Positions 60,124-64,000 of a stretch of DNA of 64,000 nt are shown piece after piece. The number at the start of each line of letters is the position of its first letter. Positions within the stretch are counted from its first letter, which is position 1. A program made the position numbers and the translations under genes. The notes under the pieces were generated by a model, which made no database searches, was not told where the DNA came from, and was given only the letters and a program-made list of their open reading frames with translations. Source of the DNA: Eledone cirrhosa (Eukaryota); the NCBI GenBank assembly GCA_964016885.1, contig OZ024742.1:336102001-336166000 (forward strand), written 5' to 3'.

Positions 60124-60161
60124 ATTGCTTCTCGGCCTTTTGGCTAAGATAAAAGTGTAGT
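60124..60161 (+). pseudogene. U2: 3'-truncated U2 snRNA fragment (first 38 nt or so)
   Basis: attgcttctcggccttttggctaagataaaagtgtagt closely matches the conserved U2 5' end ATCGCTTCTCGGCCTTTTGGCTAAGATCA(A)AGTGTAGT. Similarity stops there. Confidence 0.9.
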
Positions 60162-60798
60162 GTTACTGGTGTGTATATTATCGACCAAGAAATGACACTT
60201 TCCAAACATACCACGTACTGAGGTCGAACCTAGTACCTTAAGATAACCATTCGGCATCCACGAATAGCTCCGGACAGGTCTCCTCACACTCATTTCCCAC
60301 TTAAAGTGATACTGAAAGACGTTATGAGGGATTTGTTTAAAATTTGAATCATTTCAGCCTTGTTCATCACATTTCCTTTGGGTTGACCGGTGTTCTGGAT
60401 GGGTCAGGTATGTTGTTTCCAAGAGAAAAAAAGTAAATTATTTTTAAAGCTGTAAAACTTTCACTCTTGGAATTGAAGTATTCCCCGGAAGATTTCATTC
60501 ATATCTACGGACCCAGTGCATGACTGGATTCGTCCCAAGCGATACAAGAATGGGCCATTCATGATCCATAGGTAGTTGAGTTGCAGATAGTTTATGTATA
60601 CAGTTTTATCTTCACCACAACATCATGAGTGATGGGACTGGCGCCTTCTATCATTAAAATACTCCAAGAAACATTCTATGCTATGCAGACTCCTATTTTT
60701 GTTTCCAACTGGTGATGAGCCTACTACATGTCCTGGGAGGCATGGTTTGGACAATGGTTGCGTATTTCGTGACACTAATGAGTGTTCAGGAGAGACTC

Positions 60799-61040
60799 GT
60801 TGTTAGGATGTCTAAAGAAAGAATCGCTGGACAGATTTTACAGGCATAGCCGACTGGCAGGGGACCCCGCGGAAGATCACGAGCAAGAAGGTTGGATAAC
60901 ATCCATGAGCTCTGTTGGTATCACTTGGGGATACAGCCGGATCAATTGGAGACAGTTGCTTCCGATAGGACCCTCTGGAAGTCGTGTCTAAGGACCTTAC
61001 CCTCACGACACAAGAAGAAGAGCAACAACCACAACAACGC
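60799..61040 (+). mobile_element. 3' end of an RTE-clade LINE (5'-truncated)
   Basis: Manual translation gives roughly RMSKERIAGQILQA*PTGRGPRGRSRARRLDNIHELCWYHLGIQPDQLETVASDRTLWKSCLRTLPSR, which fits the RTE C-terminal pattern GxRPRGRPRxRWxD...AxDRxxW. A short-repeat tail follows. Confidence 0.82.
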
Positions 61041-61169
61041 AGAAAGTAATAGATCATTCAATTAAATAATAGTAACGGTATTTTAATTTTATTTCGGCTT
61101 GGTTGCTTATTTCGTATTAAATATATTATTTTATCACAGATAACGTAGAAAATATCACTCTTATACCCC

Positions 61170-61965
61170 CGACATCACCACCACCACCACAACGACCGCC
61201 ACCACAACCACCAACAACAACACCATCCCAACATCACCACCACAACCACCGCCACGACAACCACCAACAACAACACCATCTTAACATCATCATCACCACC
61301 ACCACAACCACCAAGAACAACACTATCTCAACATCACCATCACCACCATCACAACCACAAGCAACAGCACCATCTCAACATCACTATCACCACCACCAAC
61401 AACACCATCTCAACATCATCACCACCACCGCCACAACAGCATCAACAACAGCCAAACATCACCACCAGCACCACAACCACCACCATCACAACCACTAACA
61501 ATAACACCATCCCAACATGACCACCACCACCACAAACAACAATACCATCCCAACATCACTCCCACCACCACCACCATCAATACCACCAACATCAATACCA
61601 CCACCACCATCATCACCAGCACCATCATCATCATCACCATCACCACCATCACCATCACCACCACCACAACCACCAACACCACCACCATCACCACCATCAT
61701 CATCATCACCATCATCACCATCACCATCATCACCATCACCACCATAACCATCACCACGACCACAACCACCACCAACAACACCATCTCAACATCATCATTA
61801 CCACCATCACCACCGCCACTGCAATCACCAACACCATCATCACCACTACCACCACCACTCTCACCACCACCACCATCACAATCACAACCACCACCAACAA
61901 CAACCACCATCAATATCAATAGCACTACCACCCCAACAACAACAACTTCAACGACGTCATCAACC
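61170..61965. repeat. Degenerate (CAC/CAT/CAA)n low-complexity array
   Basis: Direct inspection. Confidence 0.88.
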
Positions 61966-62084
61966 AATATCGAACTATTTATTTCTTTGCCCCTGTCTTG
62001 GCAGCTTCCAACCTTTCTTGTTTCTGTAAATGTTCCTTATTCTCTTGTCGTTTCCGACCCAGGCTTTTGTATAATCTCGTCTTC

Positions 62085-63355
62085 ATCCCACAACACACCC
62101 ACCCTCGCCATAACATCCCACAACACACCCACCCTCGCCACAACACCTCACAACACCACACAACACACCCACCTCGCCACAACACCTCACAACACCTCAC
62201 AACACCACACAACACACCCACGCTCGCCACAACACCACACAGCACCCCCCCCCCCCCCACAACACCTCACAACACACCCACCCTCGCCACGACACCACAC
62301 AACACCACACAACACACCCACCCTCGCCACAACACCTCACAACACCACACATCACACCCACCCTCTCTACAACACCACACAACACCACACAACACACCCA
62401 CCCTCGCCACAACACCTCACAACACCACACAACACACCCACCCTCTCCACAACGCCACACAACACACCCACCCTCGCCACAACACCACACAACACACCCA
62501 CCCTCGCCACGACACCTCACAACATCACACAACACACCCACCCTCCTCACAACACCACACAACACACCCACCCTCGCCACGACACCTCACAACGCCACAC
62601 AACACACCCACCCTCCTCACAACACCACACAACACACCCACCCTCGCCACAACACCTCACAACACCACACAACACACCCACCCTCGCCATGACACCTCAC
62701 AACAACACACAACACACCCACCCTCGCCACGACACCTCACAACGCCACACAACACACCCACCCTCCTCACAACACCACACAACACACCCACCCTCGCCAC
62801 AACACCTCACAACACCACACAACACACCCACCCTCGCCATGACACCTCACAACAACACACAACACACCCACCCTCATCACGACACCTCACAACACCACAC
62901 AACACACCCACCCTCGCCACAACACCACACAACACAGCCAACCTCGCCACAACACCTCACAACACCACACAACACACCCACCCTCGCCATGACACCTCAC
63001 AACAACACACAACACACCCACCCTCATCACGACACCTCACAACACCACACAACACACCCACGCTCGCCACAACACCTCACAACACCACACAACACACCCA
63101 CCTCGCCACAACACCTCACAACACCTCACAACACCACACAACACACCCACCTCGCCACAACACCTCACAACACCTCACAACACCACACAACACACCCACG
63201 CTCGCCACAACACCACACAGCACACTCACCCTCCCCACAACACCTCACAACACACCCACCCTCGCCACGACACCACACAACACCACACAACACACCCACC
63301 CTCGCCACGACACCACACAACACACCCACCCTCGCCACAACACCACACAACACCA
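62085..63355. repeat. C/A-rich minisatellite built from 10-bp modules (30/40-bp units)
   Basis: aacacaccca-ccctcgccac-aacacctcac-aacaccacac repeated with variants. Confidence 0.93.
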
Positions 63356-63420
63356 CCAAACTACAACTTAAACCGTTGTCTTCCCTTCCATAACTTCTAT
63401 TGAACCAATGTATCGTCTTT

Positions 63421-63910
63421 CTCATCATCATAGTCATCACCATCATCATCATCATCATCATAGTCATCACCATCATCATCATCATCATCATAGTCATCAC
63501 CATCATCATCATCATCATCATAGTCATCACCATCATCATCATCATCATCATAGTCATCACCATCATCATCATCATCATCATAGTCATCACCATCATCATC
63601 ATCATCATCATCATCATAGTCATCACCATCATCATCATCATCATCCTAGTCATCACCATCATCATCATCATCATCATCATCATAGTCATCACCATCATCA
63701 TCATCATCATCATCATAGTCATCACCATCATCATCATAGTCATCATTATCGCCATCGTCATTATCGTTACCATTATCATCATCATCATCGTCTTCATCAT
63801 AATCATCAACATCAACATCCTCGTCATCCTATTCAACATCATCATCATCATCATCATCACTATCATCACCATCACCATCACCATCACCATCACCATCATC
63901 CCCATCATTA
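63421..63910. repeat. (ATC)n array with 30-bp higher-order unit
   Basis: atcatcatcatagtcatcaccatcatcatc repeated. Confidence 0.93.
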
Positions 63911-64000
63911 TCGTTGTTGTTGTTGTTGTTGTTATAAGGAAGCTACCACAAACTCTAGCCAACTCTTGTTCCGTCTCTTCCACTTGAATTCGATCCAAAA

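Noticed and set aside
60124-60310. Functional U2 snRNA gene
   Set aside because: Only about 38 nt match. The Sm site and 3' stem-loops are absent.
61987-63393. 468-aa and 457-aa T/P/H-rich mucin-like ORFs
   Set aside because: Open in several frames because the C/A minisatellite lacks stops. No splice or domain evidence.

Overview
AT-rich eukaryotic genomic DNA, most likely an octopus or other cephalopod (inferred from extreme (TA)n/(CA)n/(ATC)n density and abundant tRNA-derived SINEs). It reads as intronic or intergenic. I could not support any host protein-coding exon, and almost all listed ORFs are microsatellite read-throughs. Recognisable content: about 25 tRNA-derived SINE copies of at least three families, two decayed RTE-clade LINE fragments, two non-autonomous Helitrons, a 38-nt 5' U2 snRNA fragment and several large simple-repeat arrays. 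The most interesting signal is a dense set (more than 12 loci, several unrelated sequence families) of short insertions sitting in or beside (TA)n tracts. They share one architecture: an inverted-repeat body carrying a minimal type I hammerhead ribozyme (HHR) with a palindromic stem III, as in Penelope-like element (PLE) pLTRs, plus an unpaired tail holding a covarying RCTC...GAGYRC hairpin. One locus has two intact HHRs exactly 466 nt apart (retrozyme-like), and three families carry a non-canonical CCGANGA core. All alignments and folds were done by eye, so boundaries may be off by a few bases.
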